Shown: in pieces, positions 26,293 to 36,800 of the stretch
How positions within the stretch are numbered: position 1 is the stretch's first letter
Layout: the number at the start of each line of letters is the position of its first letter
Source: Macrostomum lignano
Taxonomy: Eukaryota
NCBI GenBank assembly: GCA_002269645.1
Contig: NIVC01000364.1
Location: 186,001 to 250,000, forward strand
DNA length: 64,000 bases
Direction: 5' to 3'
The notes under the pieces: generated by a model
Database searches by the model: none
Told to the model about the DNA's origin: nothing
Seen by the model: only the letters and a program-made list of their open reading frames with translations
Position numbers and translations under genes: made by a program

Positions 26293-29200
26293 ATGGACCC
26301 GGCTGGCAGTGTGAAGAGCGGCCTGTTGGCCCAGCTGCACTCCGCTGTGAAAGCCTGCCAGCGCCGTTTTGGCGGCCGGCGAGAACTCGCTTCCAACAAC
26401 TCAGAGGCCTGGTGAGGGGGGGGGCACTGAGATCTATCGGATGCAGTCACTGAGATCTATTGGATGCAGTCACTGATATCTATCGGATTCAGTCACTGAT
26501 ATCTATTGGATGCAGTCACTGATATCTATCGGATGCAGTCACTGATATCTATTGGATTCAGTCACTGATATCTATCAGATGCAGTCACTGATATCTATTG
26601 GATTCAGTCACTGAGATCTATCGGATGCAGTCACTGAGATCTATCGGATGCAGTCACTAAGATCTATCGGATGCAGTCACTGAGATCTATCGGATTCAGT
26701 CACTGATATCTATTGCGTTCAGTCACTGAGATCTATCGGATTCAGTCACTGAGATCTATCGGATTCAGTCACTGAGATCTATCGGATTCAGTCACTGAGA
26801 TCTATCGGATTCAGTCACTGAGATCTATCGGATTCAGTCACTGAGCTCTATCGGATTCAGTCACTGAGATCTATCGGATTCAGTCACTCAGATCTATTGG
26901 ATTCAGTCACTCAGATCTATTGGATTCAGTCACTCAGATCTATTGGATTCAGTCACTGATATCTATCGGATGCAGTCACTGATATCTATCGGATTCAGTC
27001 ACTGATATCTATCGGATTCAGTCACTAAGAGTTTCATTCAGAGTCCAGCCTCTTCGAGGGGGTGCTTATTAAGTTCCTGGAAAAGTTCAGTTCTAATTAT
27101 CGCATCGGTACGAAATTTTACCTGCAGTCTATTATAACTTCTCAACATAATTTCCACCCAAATCGGAGCACTTTTGCAGGCGCTGGAACCATGCATCGAA
27201 GCACCCCCTGAGATCAGCTTTGGTGAAGCTGTCCAGCTCAGCTTGCAGCGCAACAACCAGCTCCTCCCTCGAGTCGAAGCGCTCGCCCTTCAGATTTTTC
27301 TTTATTCTGGGAAAGAGGAAGAAGTCAGCAGGCGCCAGGTCCGGCGAATATGCCGGATGCGGCAGCTGGACGAGCTGGGTCGCCTGAAGGAACTCCTGGG
27401 TCACTCGTGCCCGGTGCGCGGGAGCGTTGTCCTGATGGAGGAAGATGCCTTTGTCAAGCGTCTTCGGCCGCTGTTGTGCGAGCGCCTGCAGAACCTGAGG
27501 CAAGCAGACGGTGCTGTACCATTCTGCTGTCACTGTGGCGCCTTGCTGTTGCAGCACTGGTGGCAGGATGCCACTGCGTGGGAAGAAAATGGCCGCCATC
27601 ACTTTCCCGACGCTGCGCTCGCGACAAAATTTGAGAGGAGCATCTTCCTCGTTGGTAACCCACTGCTGACTCTGCTCCTTGGTCTCTGGGTCATAGAATT
27701 AGACCCAGGTTTCGTCGCCAGTGAGGATGTTATCCATCAACTTTGAGCGGCCTCCGTTAAACCTGACCGCCATGAGGTCGGCGAACTCAACTCGGGCTCG
27801 CATCTGGTCAGCGCTGAGCTGGTAGGGTACCCAGCGAGCAGACAGCTTCCTCATGCCGAGGTTCTGGTGCAGAATCTTAAGGATGGTGGAATCCGACACC
27901 CCGACGAGCTGCTCCAACCAGCGAATCGTCACTCGCCGATCTTCGTCCACGTGGCGTCGAACAGCAGCAACGACTCCGTCGGACACGGCCGAACTCGGCC
28001 GCCCCTCGCGAGGATCGTCGTCCAGAGTGGCCGAGCCACAGCGGAAGCGCGCAAACCACTCATACACCATCGACTGGGATGGCGCTTGATCCTGAAGAGC
28101 CTCACGCAGCGTCTGGAGGCAGGTGGCCGCAGAGCTGCCCAGCCGAAACTGTACCAGAATTGCCACTCGCCTGTCGCGGTCAGTCAGCTGTGGCAAGGGG
28201 GGCACTTTTTCAGCCAAACTTTGGCCACTGCGGCGGATCATTGCGACCGATAAAGCTGAAATTTTACAAGCAAACGTAGAACATCCAACCCTAACTGCTG
28301 GTCAAGTTTCGTTTGATTGGCGCATTTTTAAGCTGCATTTTCCGGGAACTTAATAAGCACCGCTCGTAGTTTGTGTAAAAACTATTTGCTCATAATTTCA
28401 CTCCCCTTTTACCCCATTTGCAGCGTCAGCAATCTTCTAACCGCCTGGGAGAATGTCCTCAACCATGGCCTACTTCAGCAGCCGCAGCAGCAGCATTATC
28501 CCCATCATCAGCAACAGCAACAACAGCAGCAGCAGCACCAGCAGCAGCAGCAAGGTTTCCAATTCGCGCTGCACAATCCCCAGCAGCTGCTGCCGATGCT
28601 CCCAGCCAGTCTGTCGCAGCTGACCTCCACAATCAGCGCCACATTCAGAGGCGGCCAAGCGCCAGGCGCCGCTCAGCCAACTTTTTGGCAGGCGCTGCGC
28701 GAGCTGCTCAGCCCAGATGAAGCGGCCAGATTCTCGGCGGCCAGCGACAGCGACAGGGCCCGCTGCCGGGCCTGGCTGCGGGAGCGGATTAACGAGGCCA
28801 GTCTGGAGAGATTCGTGCACACCTACCTGGCCGATCCCGACCTGCTGGCCAGGCACTACGGGCCAGACGCCTTCGTACGCGACCCGGATCTGTGCGCCGC
28901 CCTGCCGAACCTGGCCGCCGGAGTCAACAGCATTCTGTTCGCCGTGTCGCCGCCTGTGGCCTCAGCTGATTTTGGCGGCGGCTGTTTTAGCGACGATCCC
29001 AGCGAGGACGATTGCGCCATTGAGGTGGCCGCAATGGCCATTGATGAGACGGCTGCGAGGTAGCTATGATTTGACAGGATTTGATCCCAGTGCTATTGGC
29101 TTGGGATTTGATCCCAGTGCTATTGGCTTGGGATTTGATCCCAGTGTTATTGGCTTGGGATTTGATCCCAGTGTTATTGGCTTGGGATTTTAACCCAGTG

Positions 29201-32200
29201 TTATTGGCTTGGGATTTGATCCCAGTTTTATTGGCTTGGAATTTGATCCCAGTGTTATTGGCATGGGATTTGATCCCAGTATTATTGCCTTGAAATGAGA
29301 ATTGGATCCCAGTGTTATTGGCTTGGATTGAGAATTGGATCCCATTTTTGATGGTTTGGATTGAGGATTTGATCCCATTGTTGATGGTTTGGATTGAGGA
29401 TTTGATCCCATTGTTGGTGGTTTGGATTGAGGATTTGATCCCATTTTTGATGGTTTGGATTGAGGATTTGATTCCATTGTTGATGGTTTGGATTGAGGAT
29501 TTGATCCCATTTTTTATGGTTTGGATTGAGGATTTGATTCCATTGTTGATGGTTTGGATTGAGGATTTGATCCCATTGTTGGTGGTTTGGTGGTTTGGAT
29601 TGAGGGATTTGATCCCATTGTTGGTGGTTGGGATTGAGGTATTCCTTAACTAATGAAATTCTGCCTACCGCAGGCTGGCCGTCGACCCAACCAGCCGAAG
29701 CCGGCGCCGCCAGCCGCCCCGGCCAGTCGTTGTCTCTTTCGACGACGACGACGCAGTGAGCAGCGCCGGCAGCGAGCTGTCAATCAACCGGCCCGACTTC
29801 CCCGCGGCAGCTGCCGTCTCCGCCTCCGCCGCTGCTGCCCGCTCGCAGCCGCTGCAGCAGCCGCAGGCGTCGCAACAGCAGCAACAGGCGCCGGCGCCGC
29901 CGCTGCCGCCGGCCAGCGAGTCAGGCTACAACACGTCCGCCTGCTCAGAGGCTGAGGCTTCTCTGGCATCCGGCTCTGCGCCCTGGTTTAGCGTTACTGA
30001 GCTGCGACAGGTCCGAGGGTTGAAATGCATCATTTAATGTGGGATCTGGATTCTGTGTGGGATTTTGGCTGGTTGTAGCTATAGGCTCAATTAATGGATC
30101 TATAGACCCAAGTGTAGGTCTATAGACTCAAGTATCGAATCTAAAGAATTAAATAAAGGTTCTATAGACTAATTAGATCTACAGACTCAAGTATAGGATC
30201 CACGGACTCAGGGATGGGATCTATAGACACGAATATGGGATCTATAGTCTCGAATATGGTATCTATAGGCTCAAATATGGGATCTTTAGACTCGAATATG
30301 GGATCTTTAGACTCGAATATGGGATCTTTAGACTCGAATATGGGATCTTTAGACTCGAATATGGGATATATAGGCTCGTATATGGGATCTTTAGACTCGA
30401 ATATGGGATCCTTAGACTCGAATATGGGATCTTTAAACTCGAATATGGGATCTATAGACTCGAATATGGGATCTTTAGACTCGAATATGGGATCTTTAGA
30501 CACGAATATGAGATCTATAGTCTCGAATATGGGATCTTTAGGCTCGAGTATGGGATCTTTGGACTCGAATATGGGATCTTTAGACTCGAATATCGGATCT
30601 ATAGACTCGAATATGGGATCTATAGGCTCGAATATGGGATCTTTAGGCTCGAATATGGGATCTTTAGACTCAATTGTAGGATCTATAAACTCCTCAACCT
30701 GAGCCTCCCGCCCCTCCCCCCGCAGGCCCTGCTTGACGTCAGCCGGGCTCGCGAGCGCGAAGCGGCTGAGCGCCGCCGCGCCGAGGACCAGTGCCGCGCC
30801 CTGGAGTCGCAGATCGGCCAGCTGCGCAGAGAGAACGGCCTGCTGTGCCAGGAGGTCGGCCGCGAGGAGCGCCTTGCCCGACTGGCCGAGATGCACGCCG
30901 ACCTGTCCGAGCTGTCCGCCCAACTGCAACAGTCGCTGGCTCAGGCCCAGCGGGAGCTCGAATCTCTGCGCGGCCCCAGCCCGCGCTGTCCGCAGTACCC
31001 GCTGTACGTGTGGATTGTCGGCGCCTTTAAGCGGGGCGCCGGACCGACCCGGCATCACGTGTACCAGGTGCGCCTGTGTGCTTTATTCAGTGTGATAATA
31101 ATCGCTCTACCCTGCTGCTTCAATCTACCGCTACAATCTACAGCTCCAAACTACCGCTCTAAACTACCCCTCCAACCTACCGCTCTAACTACTACTTCAA
31201 TCTCTTATCTACCGCTATAACCTACCGTTAAAACCTACGCTACAACCTACCGCTCGAACCTACCGCTCCAACCCACCGCTCCAAACTACCGCTCCAACCT
31301 ACCGTTTCAATCTACCGCTCAAAACTACCGCTCTAACCTACCGCTTCAATCAACCGCTCAAAACTACCGCTCCAACCTACCGCTTCAATCTACCGCTACA
31401 ACCTACCGCTTCACTAAATTGCTATAACTACCACTTCACTCATACATGCGCAACTGCTGGCCGACCTGGCCGATCCGGCCACCGTAAATCGTGGCTGACC
31501 AGGGGTAAGTCGCAAAATTGAGTCAACCAAAAACAGAAAAACACAAGAACCAAGAAAGGCAAGAGGAAAGCGAAAGAAAGTGCAGTTCAGGGAAAATGGT
31601 GAAGCAAAAGAAAAACTATTCGCAAAAGAAGCAAACTAAGTTGTAAAAATAATCAGGTAAGTCGCAAAAAGGATCAGGTAAGTCGCAAAAAGGATCAGGT
31701 AAGTCGCAAAAGAAGCAAACTAAGTCGCAAAAAGGATCAGGTAAGTCGCAACAGGAATCAGGTAAGTTGCAAAAGAAGCAAACTAAGTCGCAAAAAGGAT
31801 CAGGTAAGTCGCAAAAGGGTTAGGTAAGTCGCAAAAAGGATTAGGTAAGTCGCAAAAAAGATCAGGTAAGTCGCAAAAAGGATCAGGTAAGTCGCAAAAA
31901 GGATCAGGTAAGTCGCAACAAGAATCAGGTAAGTCGCAACAAGAATCAGGTAAGTCGCAAAAGGATCAGCTAAGTCGCAAAAGGGTTAGGTAAGTCGCAA
32001 AAGGATTAGGTAAGTCGCAAAAGGGTTAGGTAAGTCGCAAAAGGGTTAGGTAAGTCGCAAAAAGGATTAGGTAAGTCGCAAAAAGGATTAGGTAAGTCGC
32101 AAAAAGGATTAGGTAAGTCGCAAAAAGAAGCAACTAAGTCGCAATAAGAGGGAAGTAAGTCACAATCAGAGGCAATCAGGGGGTAGTAGGTGCAAGTGTG

Positions 32201-33989
32201 GCAGGAGAGCAAAAACAGAATAGAAGCCTTCAACCACAGACAAGATCTTTGAAATCAGAAGCCCGCGTCCACAGTTTCCCATTGATTTCTTAAACTCTGG
32301 AGCAGGGGTTGGCAAACTCCGGCTCGCGAAGCCCCTCTATCTGGCCCTCGCCCCTCGGGTTCTTTGAAACTTCCTAACCAGCAAGGTTGGTGTCTCTTCA
32401 ATTCTCATCTCTCTCTTCTTCTCTACCTTGCCTCCCCTCTTCTCTCTCTCCCCCTTTTCCCTCTTCTCTCTCCTCTCATTTTTACTCTCCTCTCTTCTCC
32501 CCCTTTCTCTCTACCCTTTCTCATCAATGCCCTCTTCTCTCCTCTTATCTTCAGCAAAAATATGTGCATATTTTCTTACTTCAAAGTAGAGGGAATAGAA
32601 GATTAGAGATAAGCAAACAGAGGGGAGGCGAGCGATGCGATGGGAGAAAAGATAGAAGAGGAGAGAAAAGCTGAGGGAGGAAAAAGAGATGAGAGAGAAG
32701 AGGAGATTAGAGGAAAGAGGAAAGAAAAGATGATGGATGAGATCAGAAGAGAGGAAAGAGGAAAGAGGAGAGAGTAGATGAGAGAAGAGAGGATAAAGAG
32801 GAGATGAGAGGAGAGTGAAGAGAGGAGAGATGAGAGAGTAGAGTGGAGAGAGACGAGAGGGAAGATAAGATGAGAGAGTAGAGTGGAATGGAGAGACGAG
32901 AGGAGATAAGAATGTAGAGAGGAGACAGAAGAGATAGGAGAGGAGAGGAAAGAGAGTAGAGAGGAGAGGAAAGAGAGGAGAGAGGAGAGGAAAGAGAGAA
33001 GGGATAAGGGATGAGAGAGAAAAGAAAAAGAGGATGAGAAGATTGAGGAATGGAGAGAATTTGCAAAGGCCTCAAATCTTAGTTTAACATGCATTACTCC
33101 AATCTTTGCCTTTTTCCTAACTGTTAACAAGTTTTTGTTTGAGCATGACTTCAAATTTAGAATCTATGCAAAAATAGTTCCGGGAATTAGAATTCAGTGG
33201 TTTAAAAATCTGTGGGTTTTCACAGCTTGTATCTCTACTGGATTCGTATTCTGCATCTGATGAGCCATCTGAATCAGGGCTCTCATCTTCCATGCCAAAT
33301 CGTCTAGCAAATCGTTCTTGAGCTATAGGTCACACTGTATTCACTTCACTTACTTCTGGACATTCATGAATCATGACTTTTGTAGTATGCTCACTACACT
33401 GTACTGACAATTTACTAATTGCTTCATGCCGCCACTAGATGACACTGATTAGCTGTTATAAAAACGCGGAATCTGCACGCAGCACTAATTAGCTGGTGAG
33501 GCATTTAGCTTTAAAAATATAGTCATAGTTACTCCTGCCGTTTACCTAAAGTTTTTGCTTGGCTCTTTCATAGGTAAGTCGCATTTTTTATCGAAAACTA
33601 AGTCGCACGGCCAGCGTAATTTCAGAAGTTGCGCATGTATGGTCTTCACTCTACCGCTCTTCCCTACCACTCCAACCTACCACCAGATCTACTGCCAGAC
33701 GCCCGCCTACGATTGGTCGGCCTTTCGCCGCTACCGGCAATTCCACGAGTCGCACGAATCGCTGTGCCAGCTCTACCCGGACATTGCCGACTTCTATTTC
33801 CCGCCGAAGGTGGCCAACAGTCTTCGGGAAGAGGTGGCCAAGCAGAGAATGCGAGCGCTGCAGACTTATCTTCGCGATGTTGTTAACTACCTGTGCGCCA
33901 AGGTGCCGGGCGTCACACAGGAGCACCAGCTGCGGCAGCACCTGCCCCTGCTGCTTGACAGAGAGAGCCTGGTGTCCCGGACGGATTGA
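26293..33989 (+). CDS. SNX29: Sorting nexin-29 (RUN + coiled coil + PX), 5 exons, ~578 aa
   Basis: Exons 26293-26411, 28424-29059, 29674-30010, 30726-31067, 33687-33989 (phases 2,2,0,0; 1,737 nt). Motifs: AVKACQRRFGGRRELAS, WENVLNHGL, RAWLRERINEASLER, LPNLAAGVNSILFA (RUN); VVSFDDDD; VTELRQ; LAEMHADLSE; LRGP; VWIVGAFKRG..HHVYQ|IY..RRYRQF..FPPK..RMRALQTYLR (PX). The first exon is open from the acceptor at 26250, so the N-terminus may be longer. Confidence 0.93.
26424..27026. repeat. 23-bp minisatellite (CAGTCACTGAGATCTATCGGATT)n, ~26 copies
   Basis: Highly homogeneous tandem copies starting 12 nt after the SNX29 intron 1 donor. Confidence 0.95.
27055..28366 (-). mobile_element. Full-length Tc1/mariner (DD34D mariner) transposon, 1,312 bp
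   Basis: TIRs: CGAGGGGGTGCTTATTAAGTTCCTGGAAAA (27055-27084) versus the reverse complement of 28338-28366, CGAGCGGTGCTTATTAAGTTCCCGGAAAA. TA lies on the right flank (28367-68) and TT on the left. The element encloses a transposase. Confidence 0.95.
27132..28241 (-). pseudogene. Mariner transposase with a single in-frame stop (TAA at 27701-27699)
   Basis: ORFs 28241-27699 and 27602-27132 are in the same frame, and the intervening sequence reads TWV*FYDPETKEQSQQW. Motifs: HTH (VYEWFARFRCG..DDPREGRP), WVPYQL, TGDETW, HQDNAPAH, YSPDLAPADF. There are exactly 34 residues between the second and third Asp. Confidence 0.92.
29067..29640. repeat. Compound minisatellite: 27-bp unit followed by 33-bp unit sharing GGATTTGATCCCA
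   Basis: (TTGGGATTTGATCCCAGTGTTATTGGC)n at 29067-29310, then (GGTTTGGATTGAGGATTTGATCCCATTGTTGAT)n to 29640. Fills almost all of SNX29 intron 2. Confidence 0.93.
30095..30690. repeat. 21-bp minisatellite (GACTCGAATATGGGATCTTTA)n
   Basis: Tandem copies in SNX29 intron 3. Confidence 0.93.
31105..31440. repeat. 13-14-bp minisatellite (CTACCGCTCCAAC)n
   Basis: Tandem copies at the start of SNX29 intron 4. The same motif resumes at 33651-33686, on the far side of the inserted TIR element. Confidence 0.85.
31650..32145 (+). repeat. 21-bp minisatellite (AGGTAAGTCGCAAAAAGGATC)n inside the TIR element
   Basis: About 20 copies containing AG|GTAAGT. Confidence 0.93.
32303..32352 (+). mobile_element. 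hAT (Charlie-like) terminus relic
   Basis: CAGGGGTTGGCAAACT..CTATCTGGCCCT, typical from memory of hAT-Charlie MITE ends. Confidence 0.4.
32385..33060. repeat. CT-rich tract followed by GA-rich tract
   Basis: Low-complexity polypyrimidine (32385-32560), then polypurine (32600-33060). Confidence 0.8.
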
Positions 33990-34099
33990 CTGAGCAATGA
34001 CCAGGCTGCTCATCTTCCGTCCCGCTTTTTATTCTGTTTGAGGCATGGGCGTTGCCAGGGGGTGAACGAGGGGGCACTGACCCTCCTTAGTTTGCTGGC

Positions 34100-34785
34100 A
34101 TCCCTCCAATCAAGTCAAATGGCACTCGTATCAAATCAAATGGCACTCCGATCAAATCAAAGGGCACTTCCATCAAATCAAATGGCACTTCAATCAAATC
34201 AAATGGCACTCGTATCAAATCAACTGGCACTCCTGTCATATCAAACGGCACTTCCGTCAAATCAAATGGCACTCCCGTCAAATCAAGTGACACTACTATC
34301 AAATCAAATGGCACTCCTATCAAATCAAGTGGCACTCCCATCAAATCAAGTGGCACTCCCATCAAATCAAATGGCACCCCCATCAAATCAAGTGGCACTC
34401 TCATCAAATCAAGTGGCACTCCCATCAAATCAAATGGCACTTCCATCAAATCAAGTGGCACTCGCATCAAATCAAGTGGCACTCGCATCAAATCAAGTGG
34501 CACTCGCATCAAATCAAGTGGCACTCGCATCCAATCAAGTAGCACTCCTATCAAATCAAACGCCACTCCCATCAAATCAAATAGCACCCCAATCAAATCA
34601 AATGGCACTTCCATCAAATCAAATAGCACTCCCATCAAATCAAATAGCACTCCCATCAAATCAAGTGGCACTCGCATCAAATCAAGTGGCACTCCCATCA
34701 AATCAAATGGCACCCCCATCAAATCAAGTGGCACTCTCATCAAATCAAGTGGCACTCCCATCAAATCAAATGGCACTCCCGTCAA
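34100..34785. repeat. 21-bp minisatellite (TCAAATCAARTGGCACTCCCA)n
   Basis: Tandem copies just downstream of the SNX29 stop; source of the SNQVALP/DLMGVPL ORFs. Confidence 0.93.
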
Positions 34786-35219
34786 TAGAAACAGAGGCAG
34801 TGTCAGTATTTTGCTGCAGGTTCTAGCTCATGATTTGGCTCATTTAGAGCAGGATTTATTTTTTGTAAAATTCTGCCACCCCTAATTGTTGCAGATTATC
34901 GCAGCTCTATAGGATTATAGTGTGTAATCTTGTTAATTTCCTTTTCGTTAGTCAACTATTGATTAAATTTTACTTTTATTTGTCTTTCCATGCGCTTGTA
35001 TTGATCATGGCTTCGGGCTGATTGAGTGTTTGAAATTGTATTGCAGACTATAATAATCGGTATTATCTATTGCATGTGTGCCACCCTGCCTGTACTCCAC
35101 GCCTCACGAGTCACACCAATTTTAGCTAACTCTGTGCTCTACCTCTGGCTCGAAACTGCTCCTGTCGCTTCTTTCCCATCTGACTGACGCACCTCTGCCT
35201 TCTGCCTTGCTCACGTCCC

Positions 35220-36800
35220 ACCCTCTTCTCTCCTCTTCTCTTCTATTCTCCTCTCTTCTCTCTTCTCCTCTCCTCTCCCCTCCCCTCCTATCCTCTCCCC
35301 TCCTCTTCCCTCCTCTCCTCTCCTCTCCCCTCCTCTTCTCTCTCCTCTCCTCTCCTCTCCTCTCCTCTCCTCTCCTCTCCTCTCTTCTCCTCTCCCCTCC
35401 TCTCCTCTCCTCTCCTCTCCTCTCCTCTCCTCTCCTCTTCTCTCTCCTCTCCTCTCCTCTCCTCTCCTCTCCTCTCCTCTCTTCTCCTCTCCTCTCCTCT
35501 CCTCTCCTCTCCTCTCCTCTCCTCTCTTCTCCTCTCCCCTCCTCTCCTCTCCTCTCCTCTCCTCTCCTCTCCCCTCCTCTTCTCTCTCCTCTCCTCTCCT
35601 CTCCTCTCCTCTCCTCTCCTCTCTTCTCCTCTCCTCTCCTCTCCTCTCCTCTCCTCTCCTCTCCTCTCCTCTCTTCTCCTCTCCCCTCCTCTCCTCTCCT
35701 CTCCTCTCCTCTCCTCTCCCTCCTCTTCTCTCTCCTCTCCTCTCCTCTCCTCTCCTCTCCTCTCCTCTCCTCTCCTCTCCTCTCCTCTCCCCTCCTCTTC
35801 TCTCTCCTCTCCTCTCCTCTCCTCTCCTCTCTTCTCCTCTCCTCTCCTCTCCTCTCCTCTCCCCTCCTCTTCTCTCTCCTCTCCTCTCCTCTCCTCTCCT
35901 CTCCTCTCCTCTCCTCTCTTCTCCTCTCCCCTCCTCTCCTCTCCTCTCCTCTCCTCTCCCCTCCTCTTCTCTCTCCTATCCTCTCCCCTCCTCTTCCCTC
36001 CTCTCCTCTCCTCTCCCCTCCTCTTCTCTCTCCTCTCCTCTCCTCTCCTCTCCTCTCCTCTCCTCTCCTCTCCTCTCCTCTCTTCTCCTCTCCTCTCCTC
36101 TCCTCTCCTCTCCTCTCCTCTCCTCTCCCCTCCTCTTCTCTCTCCTCTCCTCTCCTCTCCTCTCCTCTCCTCTCCTCTCCTCTCCTCTCCTCTCCCCTCC
36201 TCTTCTCTCTCCTCTCCTCTCCTCTCCCCTCCTCTCCTCTCCTCTCCTCTCCTCTCCTCTCCCCTCCTCTTCTCTCTCCTCTCCTCTCCTCTCCTCTCCT
36301 CTCCTCTCCTCTCCTCTCCTCTCCTCTCCCTCCTCTTCTCTCTCTCTCCTCTCCTCTCCTCTCCTCTCCTCTCCTCTCCTCTCCTCTCCTCTCCTCTCCC
36401 CTCCTCTTCTCTCTCCTCTCCTCTCCTCTCCTCTCCTCTCTTCTCCTCTCCTCTCCTCTCCTCTCCTCTCTCCCTCTCCTCTCCTCTCCTCTCCTCTTCT
36501 CTCCCCTCCTCTTCTCTCTCCTCTCCTCTCCCCTCCTCTCCTCTCCTCTCCTCTCCCTCCTCTCTCTCTCCTCTCCTCTCCTCTCCTCTCCTCTCCTCTC
36601 TTCTCCTCTCTTCTCCTCTCTCTCTCCTCTCCTCTCCTCTCCTCTCTTCTCCTCTCTTCTCCTCTCCTCTCTTCTCCTCTCCTCTCCTTTCCTCTCCTAT
36701 CCTCTCCCCTTCTCTCCTTTCCTCTCCTCTCCTCTCCTCTCCTCTCTTCTCCTCTTCTCTCCTCTTCTCCTCTCCCCTCTTCCCTCTCTCCTGACTCTCC
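35220..36800. repeat. (CTCCT)n pentanucleotide tract, ~1.6 kb
   Basis: Nearly pure polypyrimidine; source of the 560-aa LSSP ORF. Confidence 0.97.

Larger units (their letters stand above)
31441..33641. mobile_element. Non-autonomous TIR DNA transposon, ~2.2 kb, superfamily unresolved
   Basis: Perfect 15-bp TIR CATACATGCGCAACT (31441-31455) / AGTTGCGCATGTATG (33627-33641), matching 18 of 19 when extended. Both flanks share CTTCACT (imperfect 7-9 bp TSD). The element interrupts the CTACCGCT repeat. No transposase ORF. Confidence 0.7.

Noticed and set aside
23835-27026. Regular ~23-bp repeats (and the 31-bp array at 41580-42470) as CRISPR-like arrays
   Set aside because: The units are directly adjacent with no unique spacers, there are no cas genes, and the context is eukaryotic.
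27174-28253. Plus-strand ORFs of 190 and 128 aa over the mariner
   Set aside because: Antisense shadows of a GC-rich transposase.
33250-33290. Hammerhead ribozyme core (CTGATGA) here and at ~43122 and ~57941
   Set aside because: None is followed by a closing stem II plus GAAA.
29081-34826. Repeat ORFs LIPVLLAWD, WIEDLIP, SNMGSLD, FESKDPI (30162-31058) and SNQVALP
   Set aside because: Intronic or 3' minisatellite translations, partly fused to the antisense of GC-rich SNX29 exons.
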